The notes under the pieces are model-generated. The model did no database searches. It was not told the DNA's origin and worked only from the letters and a program-made list of their open reading frames with translations. Shown here piece after piece: positions 38,370 through 53,186 of a stretch of DNA of 64,000 nt. The DNA is from Lingula anatina (lineage: Eukaryota > Animalia > Brachiopoda), in contig CM120648.1 of NCBI GenBank assembly GCA_051362555.1, positions 11,838,587 to 11,902,586 of the forward strand, given 5' to 3'. Made by a program: the position numbers and the translations under genes. Numbering within the stretch: the stretch's first letter is position 1; every line of letters starts with the position of its first letter.

Positions 38370-38828
38370 TAACAGTGTGTTAGGTGTGACAGTGTGTTCT
38401 GTGTGATACAGCTGGTATTGTGTTAGGCGTGTTAGGTGTGACAGTGTGTTAGATGTGACAGTATGTTAGGTGTAACAGTGTTTTAGGTGTGACAGTGTGT
38501 TAGGTGTGATATGTTAGATGTAACAGTGTGTAAGGTGTGACAGTGTGTTAGATGTGACAGTATGTTAGATGTAACAGTGTGTTAGGTGTGACAGTGTGTT
38601 AGGTGTGAAAGTATGTTAGATGTAACAGTGTGTTAGGTGTGATATGTTAGATGTAACAGTGTGTTAGGTGTGACAGTGTGTTAGGTGTGAAAGTATGTTA
38701 GATGTAACAGTGTGTTAGGTGTGACAGTGTGTTAGGTGTGACAGTATGTTAGATGTAACAGTGTGTTAGGTGTGACAGTGTGTTAGATGTAACAGTGTGT
38801 TAGGTGTGACAGTGTGTTAGTTGTGACA
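38370..38828. repeat. 17-bp minisatellite (GTGTGACAGTGTGTTAG)n, about 27 units
   Basis: Directly visible; diverged relatives at 37214-37270 and (inverted) 37425-37620. Confidence 0.95.
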
Positions 38829-40189
38829 ATATACAACACAGAAGAATTGTGTGAAACTATCATATAAGTGAAAGTGTAAAATACAAAGACCGAAGAAAAT
38901 TTGAGCACTGAGAACAAAGAACACATACAAGGTGGGCTCAGGTCTAAATTACACCTAAATCACAATGTCTCCTTCCTAACAAGTACATCACAGTCTTGCT
39001 TACTAAAGCCATACCACAAAATCTTACTCTTCATACCATTCAAAATGTCCAACACTAATAACTACCTAACAGAAACCTTCAGTCTATTTTTCCCTTACTG
39101 AAACATACAAAGGCTTTCTCTTGGTTACTTACAAGTTATATAAACACGCTTAAAAAACTGTGAAAAAAATGTAAATGGTATATTTAAACACTGAGTGACC
39201 AGTTCTTAACTAGAGATAGTTTGACAATTTCAAACGCATTTGTTTCAAATTCAGCACAATGTGTGCGCGACTTGGCAGCATCTTTTCACATAACAACACA
39301 ACGAAGTTCCACAAACTGGTAAAATTTTCCAGCAATTCATCTACTTCAATAATATAGCTGCACATCAAAGTAAGTTACAAGAAAAAAAAGGACATCAGGA
39401 TCTTTGAATAACTGAACACATCCCTATGGCACATGGCATCAATCCAACTATTCTCTGACTGCAATATTGCAACACACCCAAGCAAAAATGCTGCATTGCC
39501 TTCCTCTTCTAGCCATTTTCTACCTGGAGCCCTGGAAATAGGGCTCAGCATACAACCCAATAACAATTTCAATTCTTTCTTCTAAACATGTTATCGGCGA
39601 ATTGTTGTGCGTACAATTGCTTTTGTTCTGATGACAGTATTGCACAGTTTTTCTGCTGTTACTCCGTGTTCTTGTTGTTGTTGCTGCAGCTGTACTGTTA
39701 CTGATAATGACTTTAATCATTGCTGTATTTTCTATGTATGTAACACTATTGCTCCAACTGTCGCCTAAGCTGTGGGCAACATTGCCATATGTTTACCACT
39801 GTGTTGTGTGAAAATGCTGCTATTGCAGCTGTTGCTGTTGTATCAATACTCTTACTGTTTGCCATCAGCCTGAACAACATTATTGTTGTTGTATTTGTCA
39901 CTGTCAAATGTGTTGGCATCGCTATATGCGGCTGCATTGTAACTATTCACACCAGCCTCTTGTTACTGTACTGTGATGTTACTGTTGTACATCACTGTGC
40001 ATTGCTGATGTTACTGCTACTGTTAAACGGCAACAATTCAGCATACTGTTACTTCTGATGCAATGTCCTACAGTTGTGGTAGTTGTCACTGTTACTACTT
40101 TTTTTACACACTTGCACAACATTGCTACTGTTGCTGCTGTTGTTGCGTTGTCATTGTTACTGCTTCTTTTACGGACTTGCACAACATTG

Positions 40190-43100
40190 CTACTGTTGCT
40201 GTTGTTGTTGTTGTTCACTGGTGTTGCAGGTTTGATCTCCTTGCTCCTCCGAAGAGCTGGAAATATTCCAAAAGATACCCTAATTATGAAACTGTTTTAA
40301 TTCCTCAGACTCAAAAAAGATCAGCATTACAATTACATATATAGTTTACAAGAGACACAACTAGCTAATTCCAAAATGAGTGAATAACAGTGAATTAGAA
40401 TTTTTCAACAGTCACTGATACAATTTTGACACAAGATTGATGCTAACCAAAACAAAAATGAAAGGTCTTGAAACTGAATGAAACACAATTTGATACAAAT
40501 ATGCGATGCAATTAAAAAAAAACACTGACGTGAACTTGACACTTTCACTGAAAGTTTTTTGTATTTGCAGTCAGATCATTCTTAGTACATAAAGATCAGG
40601 AAGCATGGAGTACATTAAAAAATCTACCTAAACAATGACAGTTTGAAAAAGTTTTTCACACTGAATGAAAAAAAAAAAGAAAGAAACTGAAAACTTTGAA
40701 ATGTATGGCAAAGAGGACAACTAGTAAAATCTCAAACTTTGTTAAAATCAAACCACACATAATACAAATCAAATACCAGGTTTACTTTTACTATCACACA
40801 GCTGAAAATCAAGCTTAAAAACATCAGCATCTAGATGTTTAGCGCACATGAGGTACTCAAGTTGTGGCTGTTCAAAGCGGCATATTGTCAGGAGATAGGC
40901 AGAAAATATCACATCCACTCAGGTAAACAGGCAGAAAAACTGGTTTAAGACAGATATAATATGCAGACGACATGTGATTTTTTTTTTGTTTGTTTAAAAA
41001 GACAACTCATGCTAAAATTGATAAGCAAGGGAAGGGTTTTTTGAAAGAAGAGAAAATGTCAAGTCAAACTAAGCCATCCAACTGAAGCTTAGTCTACAAA
41101 ATTGAAACCACACAAAGTATTATAATTAAGTTCTATGTGGGTTATCCTACTTATTTTTAAATTTGAAAAATTTCCACTGATTCAAGGTCTTTCCACATCA
41201 TAAGTTTTATCTCGAGGTTTCTATCTTTATTGTCCTGTTTTGAATGAAAGAGAATGACGGCTTAATGCCCTGCCTTTGTTTAAGAGAATCACTACACCCA
41301 TGCTTGATACAGCCAATTAATTAACACAGTCCATACAATTTGCCATATTTCTTCTGTCTTAAGCAACACATGCTTAAATCTCAAACTTCCAGTAGGAAGC
41401 TAGCTTGTAAAAACCAGTCAAGTCCCCAGTTGCATAATTAAATAGGCCACTCAAAACAGAACACTAGAGAAGGACCACTAAAGACAGAATGTCCTAAGTG
41501 AAAAGATCCTAAATATCAGTGGATTCAGTCTTATATCAATACATCTACAAGACAAACAATAAAACTGGTCCGAAACTTGTCAATTAATTGACATGCAACA
41601 TTTTAAGAAGTTATCTATATACAAGGCAACACAACATAGATTATAAAGATAATGAAATATAATCGTACATCAAATCACTCACATATAAAAATAACTAAAA
41701 TGACACTTTATCACTGAAGACAACATACACACAATGAAATTATCTTCTTAATCTAGTAAGAAGTCAGAAAATAATACAGAGTTGTCTAAATTTTCAACAG
41801 GGCCTGGTTTCACCAACAAACTGACTTATCAGAATTGAATTTTGCTATTAGGGTACATTCCCAATGAAATCATTCTCTGTAGAACAATACAACTCTGCAG
41901 AGACTCTTGCAACCACAACCAGATTAACATGCCTCCTCTTGGCATTCAGTAGAATACATAGGACCTTGTGATCATACAAGTACATTGGAAACAAGAGGAT
42001 GTTAATCTGTTATTCTGATTGCATTCAGCATGAGTCCCCATGGAGCTGGACCTATTAATGTAAAATAACAGGTTCATGGGGAATGAGCCCTTTATAGCAC
42101 AGACCAAATTTCTGAGTAAAGTTATTTGATGAAATCAGTCCCCGAGTTCTAAAGGCCTAAGAGAGCATTCACAACCAAGTTGATCTTCAGACTTAGTAGT
42201 CCGCGTATCAAATATGGCATGCACTTCAAAATGAATTCCCGCCTCCCATGTACACTGTCCCAGCAGGGTCAGAGCAGTTAAATCTTGGCATACTTTGAAG
42301 TGGGCGGCACCATATTTGATCTGCAGATCAGTTAGTCCATGGATCAATTTGTTCTGAATGTGCCCTTCAAAGACAGATGTTCAAAGTCCTACACAGTGAC
42401 AACAGCACACTCACCCTGTTAAGTAGCCGTCTATCTAAGACTAGCATCCTGTGAGCAGCAGGGAACAAGCAAACTGGACATTAACTCATGGCTTTTTTAA
42501 ACTAAGGTAATGACTTGATCTTTTCGATGTGGAAAAATGTCATTTTTTTTAGATAAAATAGGATCATTAAAATATATTTCTGTGTAGCATTAGTGATGCT
42601 TTGATGGTATAGAAGAGACCCACAAGTTTTGTTGTTTTGTTGCTGCAACTCAATAGGTATGTTCTAATTTATAGAATTTATGACTTTAAAAAATACAGTA
42701 TCTGATATATTCACAATTTTAGCCCTTGAAAAGACTGAGTCATTATAATTGTAAATAGGCAAGTTCACAAGTTCACTACAGGTCTAACTTAAACTGGAAA
42801 TAACCTGAGTGATGTCATCAATTGTGGTGTGCCGTTAAGGGTCATAAACCACCATGTTAAATCACTCTTGGGTACAAAATATAATTAACTGGCCCCATTC
42901 CAAATGCCAGTAAAATTTTGCTGATATATTTAGCAATTGGTCCATATTTCTGCTTTGAGACAGTAGAAAAGACCCTGGGGTGCCAGGGTCCGTTGGACAA
43001 AAAGTTTTTGGCACAGGCTGTTAATATGCTAATATCTGGTTGTCCGGTGACATCAATCATACTAGATCAATTTGAGATAGACCAGATATGAACTGCCTTT

Positions 43101-46100
43101 AAAGACTAAATAAATCTAATATTAGTGAAAGAGCTCTTCCATGGTCTCTTGTGGAATGGTGGTAAAAAAGTAAATTATTTCTCAGTAAACTAAGTTCTCA
43201 AAGGTAGAAAACATGTTTAGTCTCTTCAAAAATCATTTACTTTTAACCATCTTGGTATAATAATGAGTAAATACTCTAGACTCAGAGTAGCAAATAAGAA
43301 TTCTTACCAAATAATCAATTCAATTTTTCTTCAATCAACAGCTAATATTGAAAATGTTGTTTAGGTTAAATATTTATTTATCTATGCAGAGCACCTTCTT
43401 CAGGGAATAGGGCTATGCAGGTAAATAATCTAAATTTTTAATATTAGCTGCTTACTGAAGAAATATAAAAACTAGAGGATCAGAGAGGCGATACCGCCTC
43501 CGAATATTGTACCACCAGCTGGAGCACGCGCATTCGTATAGACCCCCACATACACAAAATAAGGGACACAGCCACCAGTCTTGTGCTTGACAAGCTGTAA
43601 ACATGCAATCAACAAGAATTTTCAATATTTGCAAAAAATATATGAAACTAAAAATGGTACAATCAAATTTAAGTTCATCGTAAGGTAGGTGAAAGGTCAT
43701 TTTCAAGGTCACAGTAAATTGCCAGTATATGACTTCCTATTCAAGTTCAATAGTAACTATGGACCTATCTCTGCCAGGTTTGGAGTTAAAAGAGAAAGAA
43801 ATTAGCAGAGTTCAGTTCATGATAATAAGTAGATCAAAGGTCAATTTCAAGGTCACACTTAGATTGCCAGTATATGACTTCCTATTCAATTTCAATAGTA
43901 ACTATGGACCTATCTCGCTAGTTTTGGAGATAAAAGGGAACCAAAATTTGCAAAGTTCAATTCATGATAAAAAGTGGGTCAAAGGTCAATTTCAAGGTCA
44001 CACTTAGATTGCCAGTATATGACTTCCTATTCAAGTTCAATAGTAACTATAGACCTATCTTTGCCAGTTTTAGAGATAAAAGGGAAGCAAAATTTACAAA
44101 AAACAGTTCATGGTGAAAAGTAGGTCAAAGGTCAATTTCAAGGTCACAGTAAGATTGCCAGTATTTGACTTCCTATTCAAGTTCAATAGTAACTATGGAC
44201 CTATCTCTGCCAGTTTTGGAGATAAAAGGGAAGCAAAATTTGCAAAGTTCAGTTCATGGTGAAAAATAGGTCAAATGTCAATTTCAAGGTCACAGTAAGA
44301 TTGCCAGTATATGACTTTCTATTCAAGTTCAATAGTAACTATGGACCTATCTCTGCCAGTTTTGCAGATAAAAGGGACTAAATGTTATAATTTTGGAGTT
44401 ACCATAAAGTGCCATACATTTCCTACAGAAAAAATTAATTAAAATAAAGAAAAGGTCATTTTGGTCAAAATTCTTGAAATGGGAGGTGCTCTGAAGTTCC
44501 AGGTGTTCAAATTTGATGAAATAATGTCATTTTTGACCACAAGTTGTCTGCTTTGCCAAGCCTTATGTATTATTTTTCCAGAGTTCAAAATTTATTATCC
44601 ATTACCGTACTCCACATTTTGCTTTCACCACCATTATGTACTTTTTGATACAGCATAACTTGAAAACCGTATGGAGTACAAAAAAATGGAGACCACCTCC
44701 AGTGTTGGGCTTTACATGCTCTACAAAATGCAAAAAAGAATGGGTCTCTAGCATTAACGGTTCCCGAATTAGAGACAGTTTTCAGTTTCGGTACTTTATG
44801 GCCGCTACTCCCGTGAAAATGCACCGATATTATTGGTTAAGTCTGTGTGGTGTCTGAATAACAGGGCAAAAAAAATTTTTTTCGTAAAAAATTTCATTTT
44901 TTTGAAAATTTTGGCCCGTTTGACCTTGAAATAAAGGTCAAAGGTCAAATCCAAGGGCATATTTGAAATCTACACATATGACTTTTGGAAAGCTGTCTGT
45001 AGAAATTTTTCCCATAACTCCTTCCGTAGGGTAGATAATTAGCATTTAATTTTGCCATTTTTAGACAAGGGTGCATTGCAATGAGTGCCACACCTAGACC
45101 CCAATACCGACAAAGCCCAAATTTTACGTGGAACGAGTTGAGATTATAGGTGACCTAAATCCAAGAGATGGGTACAGGGGCCCTTACCGTCTAGGAGGAG
45201 AAGCGGTAACAGTGACTTGGCGGCGGAGCCGCAGGAGCCGCAGGAGCCGGCGGAGCCGGCGGAACATACGGGTCGGGACTAAAACCATGGGTACCGCCAG
45301 CGCCTACGCTGGTGGTACAATAAATCGCTTTACTTTAAGTGCATAGCTCAGATGATAAAATTCCTCTCGGACAAACAATAAAGGTTGGACATGATAGTTT
45401 TTGTGAATAACACCAACCCTTTAATGTATTTGCACATATTCTATAAGTCACAGAATGAATGAAAGACTTTAAAGATGCATACAAAGTCAATTTTTTGTCA
45501 CAAAAACCAACCAAATGCCAGCATTTAGTTTCAAGTAGTATAACTAAGAGAATTACCAAAAGGCATTGTTTAATTTTACCCAAAAATGATGTTTGAACGG
45601 ATTTTTCTGCTGGCATTCTAAGCTGTATGGGGCAGGAAAGTAGGTCACGAAAGTAGGTTAAATTTACAACCAAAAATTTAAAGAAAGGTGCAGTCTAAAG
45701 GTCTTTTATGGCTGATCGAGTGATCTATTCAGTTTATCCCTTGGCATGTCAAATTTATTTGAGTCATATAAGAAACTAGTAGAAGTGGTTTACATGTGTT
45801 ACTGGGAATCCACGCTCCACCGATGCTCGGTTCGTATGTACCTTTAATATAGAAAAACACTGCTGTGCCATCCTGTTGACGGGACATATGGTGCCACATT
45901 GTGTTGATGAGACAGCTGGCCCCCGTTTCACAAAAAAACTTAAGTCGGTTTCCCTGACTTAGGGCTTGGTTACCAACGTAATTAAGTCGTTACGTCACTA
46001 AGTCCCGTTTCACAAAGAATCTAAAAGGTCGCTTACGTCGTTTTTTTCTTAGCTGTAAGTCGACGATGTCAAGCCTCCTCGGGAGGAGACTTAAGTCGGC

Positions 46101-49100
46101 AAGCTCAACTAAAACTCAGTAAATGAGAGCATAAACAACAAAAATTTGAAAAGAACATACCTCCTTCAAGATATTGTGTTATAATATCCTTGAATAGCAC
46201 TGACATTTATGGAATATTAAAATAAAAAATAAAGTTCCACTTTACCCAGCCGATCGCGTGTTTGTTTATGTTTTTGACCGCTAGACGTCCCTCAGTAGTG
46301 TTCCAAGACAAGCTAATGTTTAACTGTTGCTTTGAAGTTGTATTGAAGTTAAACTAATCAATAAAACTTTGTTTGTGTTTTGGCTGACTTTTATCGTTGA
46401 TAAACGATCGTTCTCGGCCGAAAGAGGCCATGAAACGTCATGTCTTGTGAAACTTTTGCAATTTTACACCTCCTTTTCTTGAAGAGTTTCTCGTGCGCGT
46501 CGACTACGGTAAGCACGCCAAGCTAAGACGTTAGATTCTTTGTGAAACACTCCAAGTCGACTTCAGCTAAGTCGACCTAGCTAGGCCACCCAGCTCGAGT
46601 AAGACGTCTACGGATTTAAGATTCTTTGTGAAACGGGGGCCTGATGTGAAAATGTGTTAGGTGAGATGCTGTTCTGGAACTAATTGGTGGTCCATTGTGC
46701 TAGGTAAGAAAATTGTGTTAGATGTGATCTTGTGATGGTTACATTGGTTTTTCATTGTGCTACATGAGATGGCTGGTGTGGAATGGTGACAAGTGAGAGC
46801 TTGTTAAAGCTATGAATCTATTGTGCCAAGTGGGACACATGTTCTTTATATGTGTTAGATGTGATCTAGCTAGGTGAACAATTGGCAGTTCAATATCGCG
46901 TGGTATCAGGTGAAACTTTGGAGCATTTACAGTGTGTCATGAAATTGATGGAATAAAGAAGCAGGTAGAATTAAGGACAAATAGGTCAATCATTCTCTCT
47001 TATGAAAAGATAATAAAGAGACTAAATGTGTTTTTCTGAGTCGGCCTAGTGATCAAGGCCCTTTGATGAAGGGCTGAAACTTTATGCAACATACTTAGAA
47101 AAACAAGTTTAATCTCTTTAAAAAAAATTATTTTTTATCATGTACTAGTGCTGGTGTGATACGATTTACTGACATCTAATGGCAAAAAAAGTCTCAAATC
47201 AAAACCACTTCTATTTCGCTAAACTTCTTGAAAGCAACTGCTGCTAATTAAGCGTTCACTTCAAATGGATTGCTTTAAAAGTCATACAGTGAGAACAGTT
47301 GTTTTTCTTTAGTATTGCTTTGAATATTGTTCTCAAATCCCCCTTCCCTCCCTTTCTGCCCTCTCTCTTATTCATGTTGTATATATACCGTATGATTTGT
47401 AAGCTCTATCAAAACAATAACAAAAATCAAATGCAAAGAATAAGCATCATGGATTGCTGCATAAAACCTCAGTCTTCACTACCGAGACTTAGAACTCTCC
47501 TCAGCTTTTTCTGCATAAAGAAGCATATGAAAACAATCTATATACCACTCTTGGGTCTATGCTATAAAACATTGCATATATCCAGTGCATCACATATACA
47601 AGATATCATATACCTACAATATATGTACCTGTACTCATCACAAAGACAGCAGAGTATAGGCAATGTATTTTACACAGTATACACTAGAGCAGTATATGAT
47701 GTACATACATATATGCCATGTATTCAAGATCAGATGTGTTAAGACACGCACTTGAGAATCGATCAGTTTAGGTCCATATTTGTCGCCAAACTAAACAGGA
47801 TTAATTGGTGATTTAGTAGTCGGCAGTGGGAAATCACACTTGACTAGGAGTGGCCAAGCGCATGAACCCACAGCATCTGAAATGATCAAATCGCCAGGAA
47901 AACATTTTGGGTACCAAGTTACAAATTTAAGACCTAAAACCATGAGAGTTTGAGTCTAAGGGGCCATTCCCATAATCCTATCGTACTAGCTGGATTGATG
48001 TAACTCCTCGGGGATTCTTGCTAAATTGCATTCAGTTTAAGCAGCTTAAATGTCTGGCATGCCCCCTTTTAACTCAAAGTACTTGGGTAAAGTTAGGGAA
48101 ACTTTGTGATCCATGAAGTTGTTCATGTTGCTTTGCGAGGGGGCGTGCCAGACAATTAACCTGATTCAATTACATTGACTGCACCTTAACGAGAATCCCC
48201 GTTGAGATAGACCAATCCTGTTAGTACGATAAGGTTACGGGATCGCAGTCTAAGTCTAAATGCACCTAGAGTGTAGGTGGCACACTAAGCTGAGTGTATC
48301 TATATCTATACCTGTCGTAGTAGGGCCACCTGTTATAGCTGGCAGGGGGGAATAGAAAGTGCAAACATTACTGTGCATGCTATTAATATACTGGGCTCAT
48401 ACCAAGGGCAGTTTTCATTTTGTTTTTGCCATACTGGAAAACAACTTTCTGCTGTATCAATTTCTATATCTACCAAATAAATAAGTAATGATTTTTTCAA
48501 TGAAATAATAACCATATATCATATCAAAAAATCTTAATTTTGTTTTTGCCAACCTGGAAAACAACTTTCTGCTATATCAGTTTCTACCTACCAAACAAAT
48601 AAGTTATGAATTATTTCAATGAGTACTATTCCAATGAGTATAAACATATGTCATAATGAAAAATCTTATTTTTTCCTAGATATAAAGCCAAACAAAATGC
48701 TAAGGCTCCTTTTAGTATGAGCCCATTATGGAAAATTTACTAGCTTATATGCAAAGTCTTTCAGATGCAAGACCTTGGATATCTTTAATAATAAATAACA
48801 TAATGCATGGAACATCATTTTACACAATCCATCCAAAACATCAAAATGAAATCATACTGCACTAGATGCGAAGTCCAAGGCAGCATATATTATTTCATAT
48901 ACAAAATATTTATGCACTTGTTTATATAAGTTTATTATGAAGAGGATATGTGACCTTTTTGTGGTCTCTTATGACTGAGTGTAAAAGGTAGATGGAAATT
49001 GTACAATCTAGCTTTTTTCCTTTTCAAATTGTGTCATTTGGGAATGAAAGAAGCATGGTGAAATTTCACAACAGAACAGGGATGGTTTAAATTAGTAAAT

Positions 49101-52100
49101 TTCCCTCCATTTGGTAGAAAGTGTGAGTTTGTGCATTATCCTTCGTCACGAAAAATGTGATTTTTTTAAAAAACTACATGACAGCACAAGCTAGTGAATT
49201 CACTCTTCATTTTTGTCCATATATTCAAAATATTCAAAACCAACTACTTTATTACTAAATATCAAATGGATTGTTATAGGTGTGACGGTGAAATCTCAAC
49301 ACATTGTGTACAGGCTATGTCCCAGTGTATTGTGTTAGTTGCGACACCTGCACAATCAACTCACCCTTGGGCCTCCATTGGCGTGACCTTCCTCTTTCTT
49401 TGATAATGGCTCCTGCAGTTAAAAAAAACACATTGAGCTTTAAAAACTAATGCGAATAAAGAAGCAAAGTTTTTATTTTTCATTTTTGCAGAAGCCAAAA
49501 GTTTTTGATAATCCATGCCACCCAAATATTGAATTATTCCAAGTCCTCATAAGAGACTTTGCTCTATTATAACCACTTCATATTTTTCTCTTTCTTAACT
49601 AATGATAAATGCCTGAAACACATTTGTATCTGTACCCCTTGATTTTTTTTTTCTTTAAAATTCTCACCTAAATCTTTGTTGTATCATCACCCCTTCGTTT
49701 TTGCTCTTCTTTAAGCGTTCCTGCTCTTTGTATGCCCTGTACTGGTTTTGAATCAGCAATGCTGCCTCTCGCGTCTTCTTGAACCTTTTCTGAGCCGCGT
49801 AGCTGCGGAACTGAGACTGAATGAGGACGGCAGCCGAGGACATCTTTCTGGTGTACACATACTGAAGAAAGGAACATAACATGGGATCAGGAATGAGGAG
49901 CAAATAATGAGGATAAGGTATGAGGATAAGGAATAAGGATTAGAAGTGAGGAACTCATGAGATCAAGACTGAGGATCGGGAATGAGGATCAGGAATGAGG
50001 AGCACAACATGAGATATGGGCCAAGGCAAACAATATGCCATGAGACTTGGAATGAACTATTAACAGTCAAATATCTCTTTAAATATCATTTTTCGGGAAA
50101 TTTGAAACACCATCCATGGATATTTCTTTATGCTATGCTCTTTGAAACTATATGGTAGCATTTGAATGAGTTTAGTGGCAAAGATTTGACATTTCAACCT
50201 GCTTCAAACGTAACTTTAAAGGTTCATATGCACTTCAGTTGAAGTCGGGTCACAGCATGAAAATCAAAAGTTCTGACCTGTTTGTATCTCCTGTAGTAAT
50301 TCTGGATCAAGATGGCTGCCTCTATCTGCCTCTGTCTTTGCAGCTGCTGATTTCTCTTGTCACGGAACTTTTTGTATGCACTCTGAATAACCTTAGCTGC
50401 CTCATAGAGACGTCTCTGCTCTTCATCTAAAAGTTAAAACAAAATCAAATTGAAAAATAATGCCATAAATTTTAACAATACTTTTCTTTTTGGCAGTTGG
50501 TAAAGAATGATGTGCTACATTCATATTTATCATATAGCAGCATATCAACTGCCTTTCTCAGAAATGGGGTGTTTATTAGTAGCACATAAAGAAAATCAAT
50601 AGCCAGCTTATGTAATAAAAATAAAAGAAATGATAATAATAATAATTTTTATTATTTCAAAAATATTCATTTTGACTCTGTGCCATACCTGAAAGAGTGA
50701 GCTGTGAGAAATCTCTCTCCATGAAGATGGCGGGTGCGTTGAAGTACTCGGTGAAGTCCTGAGTGGTAGGTGGCGGAGAGTCCAGGGTGAAACTGTATGG
50801 ACTGTGAAGACATGATGATTCCGGACTGTTCACTGAACTTGGTGGTGTCCCCAGGTTAGGGTATCTGTGAAATAATAACATAATTAATATAAATAGTAAT
50901 AAATGAATAGACAAATTTTCAAAAAGGTAAATGATGAATCTCTCTCTCTCTCTCTCTCTCTAGTGCCATGGTCGATTCAAATCTCAGTGACTTATAATAC
51001 CAGTTTCAGAATCCAATTCCTTGCTGCGCCCCATCTTTAGAATTACATTATATTGTCTAGTTTCCCTTGCTTCATAAATAAAAATATTAAAAAGCTAATA
51101 TTATAAATAAATACTGTACTAAATTTCTAAATAATAAATAAAAAAACTAAAAAAAAAACAAAAGCAAATGAATGGATGTTTGAATATGTAGCCTAATTTT
51201 CCTGATGAAGGCATCTTGGTAATGAAATATTTGTGTGGCAGCAACTCGTTGTTGGAAGGAGTTGTTGTTGGAAGAAACTACCGTAACTATGGAAACCTCA
51301 CCTAGATTCATCCAGCGCAAAAGGATCCCCCATCGGTGTAGATATCCCAGAATCCTCTGTGCATGCTGGGTTTGTCGAGCCGTAGGAACTAAAGGAGCTG
51401 TAGGAGCTGCTGCGTTCTCGTGGCAGTGTGAAGGACGAGTCATCTGCGCGACTTGGAGACAGTTTGATTCGCTCAGGCATGGCAGCAATGATTTGATTGG
51501 CTAATGTGACCATCTGGCGCTGAGATTGAAACTCCCCTGATGATAAGAAAATAACAGACTAGTATGATGCCAATTTAATGGAAACAAAGTTAATCAATTG
51601 CAAAGGTATACAGTAACAGACAACTAGCGGATCCTGTGACCAGAGAGTTAAAACAAAGCAATTCACCTGTAGAATGTGACTGTCCCTCGTCATCTGATGA
51701 CACTGCCTCCACATCAATGATAGGGCTGTCACTGCCTGAGAAGTTCTCTGAAAATATATGTACATTCCAAATTTTGATAGCAGTCAACAAAAGGGTTATG
51801 CTTTCATTCCAACTATTCATGAATTGTTTAAGTCCATTTGTTTGGGTTAGAAAAGATTTACAGCCAATCAAGAACTGTTTTCATTATAGTAACTTCAATC
51901 TAAAAATATACCCAACAGCCAAATTGTTTCAAATTAAAAAAATATAGACTTAAAGTTGCTCTAAACTTTTACATAAACATTTTTTGGCTTCTCTGACCCA
52001 AAATCACTTAGTAATAGTCCAACTGAGTAAAACATTGCACTTCTCTACGACCAACATTTCCTCTATTTTGATGGACGTCAATGCACGTTCATCTTGTACT

Positions 52101-52286
52101 CAAAGAAAACTCAAAGAAACCAACATTTTCGTCTTAAAAGTTCAGAAAAATTCTTTTGTGAAATTGTCCCAAGAAATATTGAGAAAATCTTCATCATTTA
52201 AAAAACAATGTTGAAAAATAAATAAAATAAAATAAATAAAATCAGCAACAATAAGAAACTAATAACTACATTAAAACTTAAGGGAA

Positions 52287-52317
<31 letters not shown>

Positions 52318-53121
52318 ATGAATAAACATAACTTACCAGCTTCCATGGTGACCACTTCTCCTCCCATGGAAGAGGGCAGACGTCGCAGATCTCGGAAATC
52401 CAGCGTGTCTCGATGGGAACCAAAGGGGAGATCTCCTCCAAGTGAGGCCGCCATGTCTGCGGGCTCCAGGGGCGTCATGTCCAGACTCATAAGGTCAGAC
52501 GTGAATGTGTTGAGGTCAGAGTTGATATGAGGGTCAGAGTTCGCTGACCGAATCACGTGGAACTCCGGCTGCCCACTGGCTGCAGAGTCGGACATTGGTC
52601 GGGAGAAATACTGACTGCTGTCGACGGAGAATCTCTTTTTCAGCTGGGCTCTCCTCTTGCTCCGTCGCTCAGCAGCTGTGGCAGACTTAGGCGTTGAAGT
52701 ACCGGGAATCTCAATTTGCAGTGCCCCTGCTGTGTTGCAACCACTGCTGTTGTTGCCATGGTTACAGACAGAGGTCAAAGGTGAGTTTGAGGTCAGAGGT
52801 AAAGTAGAGGTCACCGGGGTGCTGGGGGATGTGACACTGAGGAATGGACATGGGTTGGTCTGGGGGAGGGGGGATCGTGGGAGGACCACGCTGCCCGCTG
52901 CTTTCTCCAACATCTCAATCTGGCTGACCAGTGAGAGGTGACCCTGGCTGGAGGCCGCTGAGAGAGGCAAGAGGCCGTCACGATTGCACACTTCAATACC
53001 AGAGCGGTTCCAGTGGTACAGCACCAAAGCAGCGTCTGTCTTGCCTAGGGCACACGCCCAAAGCTGAAAAGGAAACATTACACAGTCAGTGATATATGTA
53101 ATTATTATACTGTATGTGTGT

Positions 53122-53186
<65 letters not shown>

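Noticed and set aside
38370-38828. Regular short repeats resembling a CRISPR array
   Set aside because: Head-to-tail minisatellite without unique spacers, no cas genes, eukaryotic context.
39520-40344. Several low-complexity ORFs on both strands
   Set aside because: They arise from CAA/CAG-rich sequence and show no recognisable domain.
51200-51230. CTGATGA...GAAA hammerhead-like motif
   Set aside because: No convincing helix II or flanking helices.
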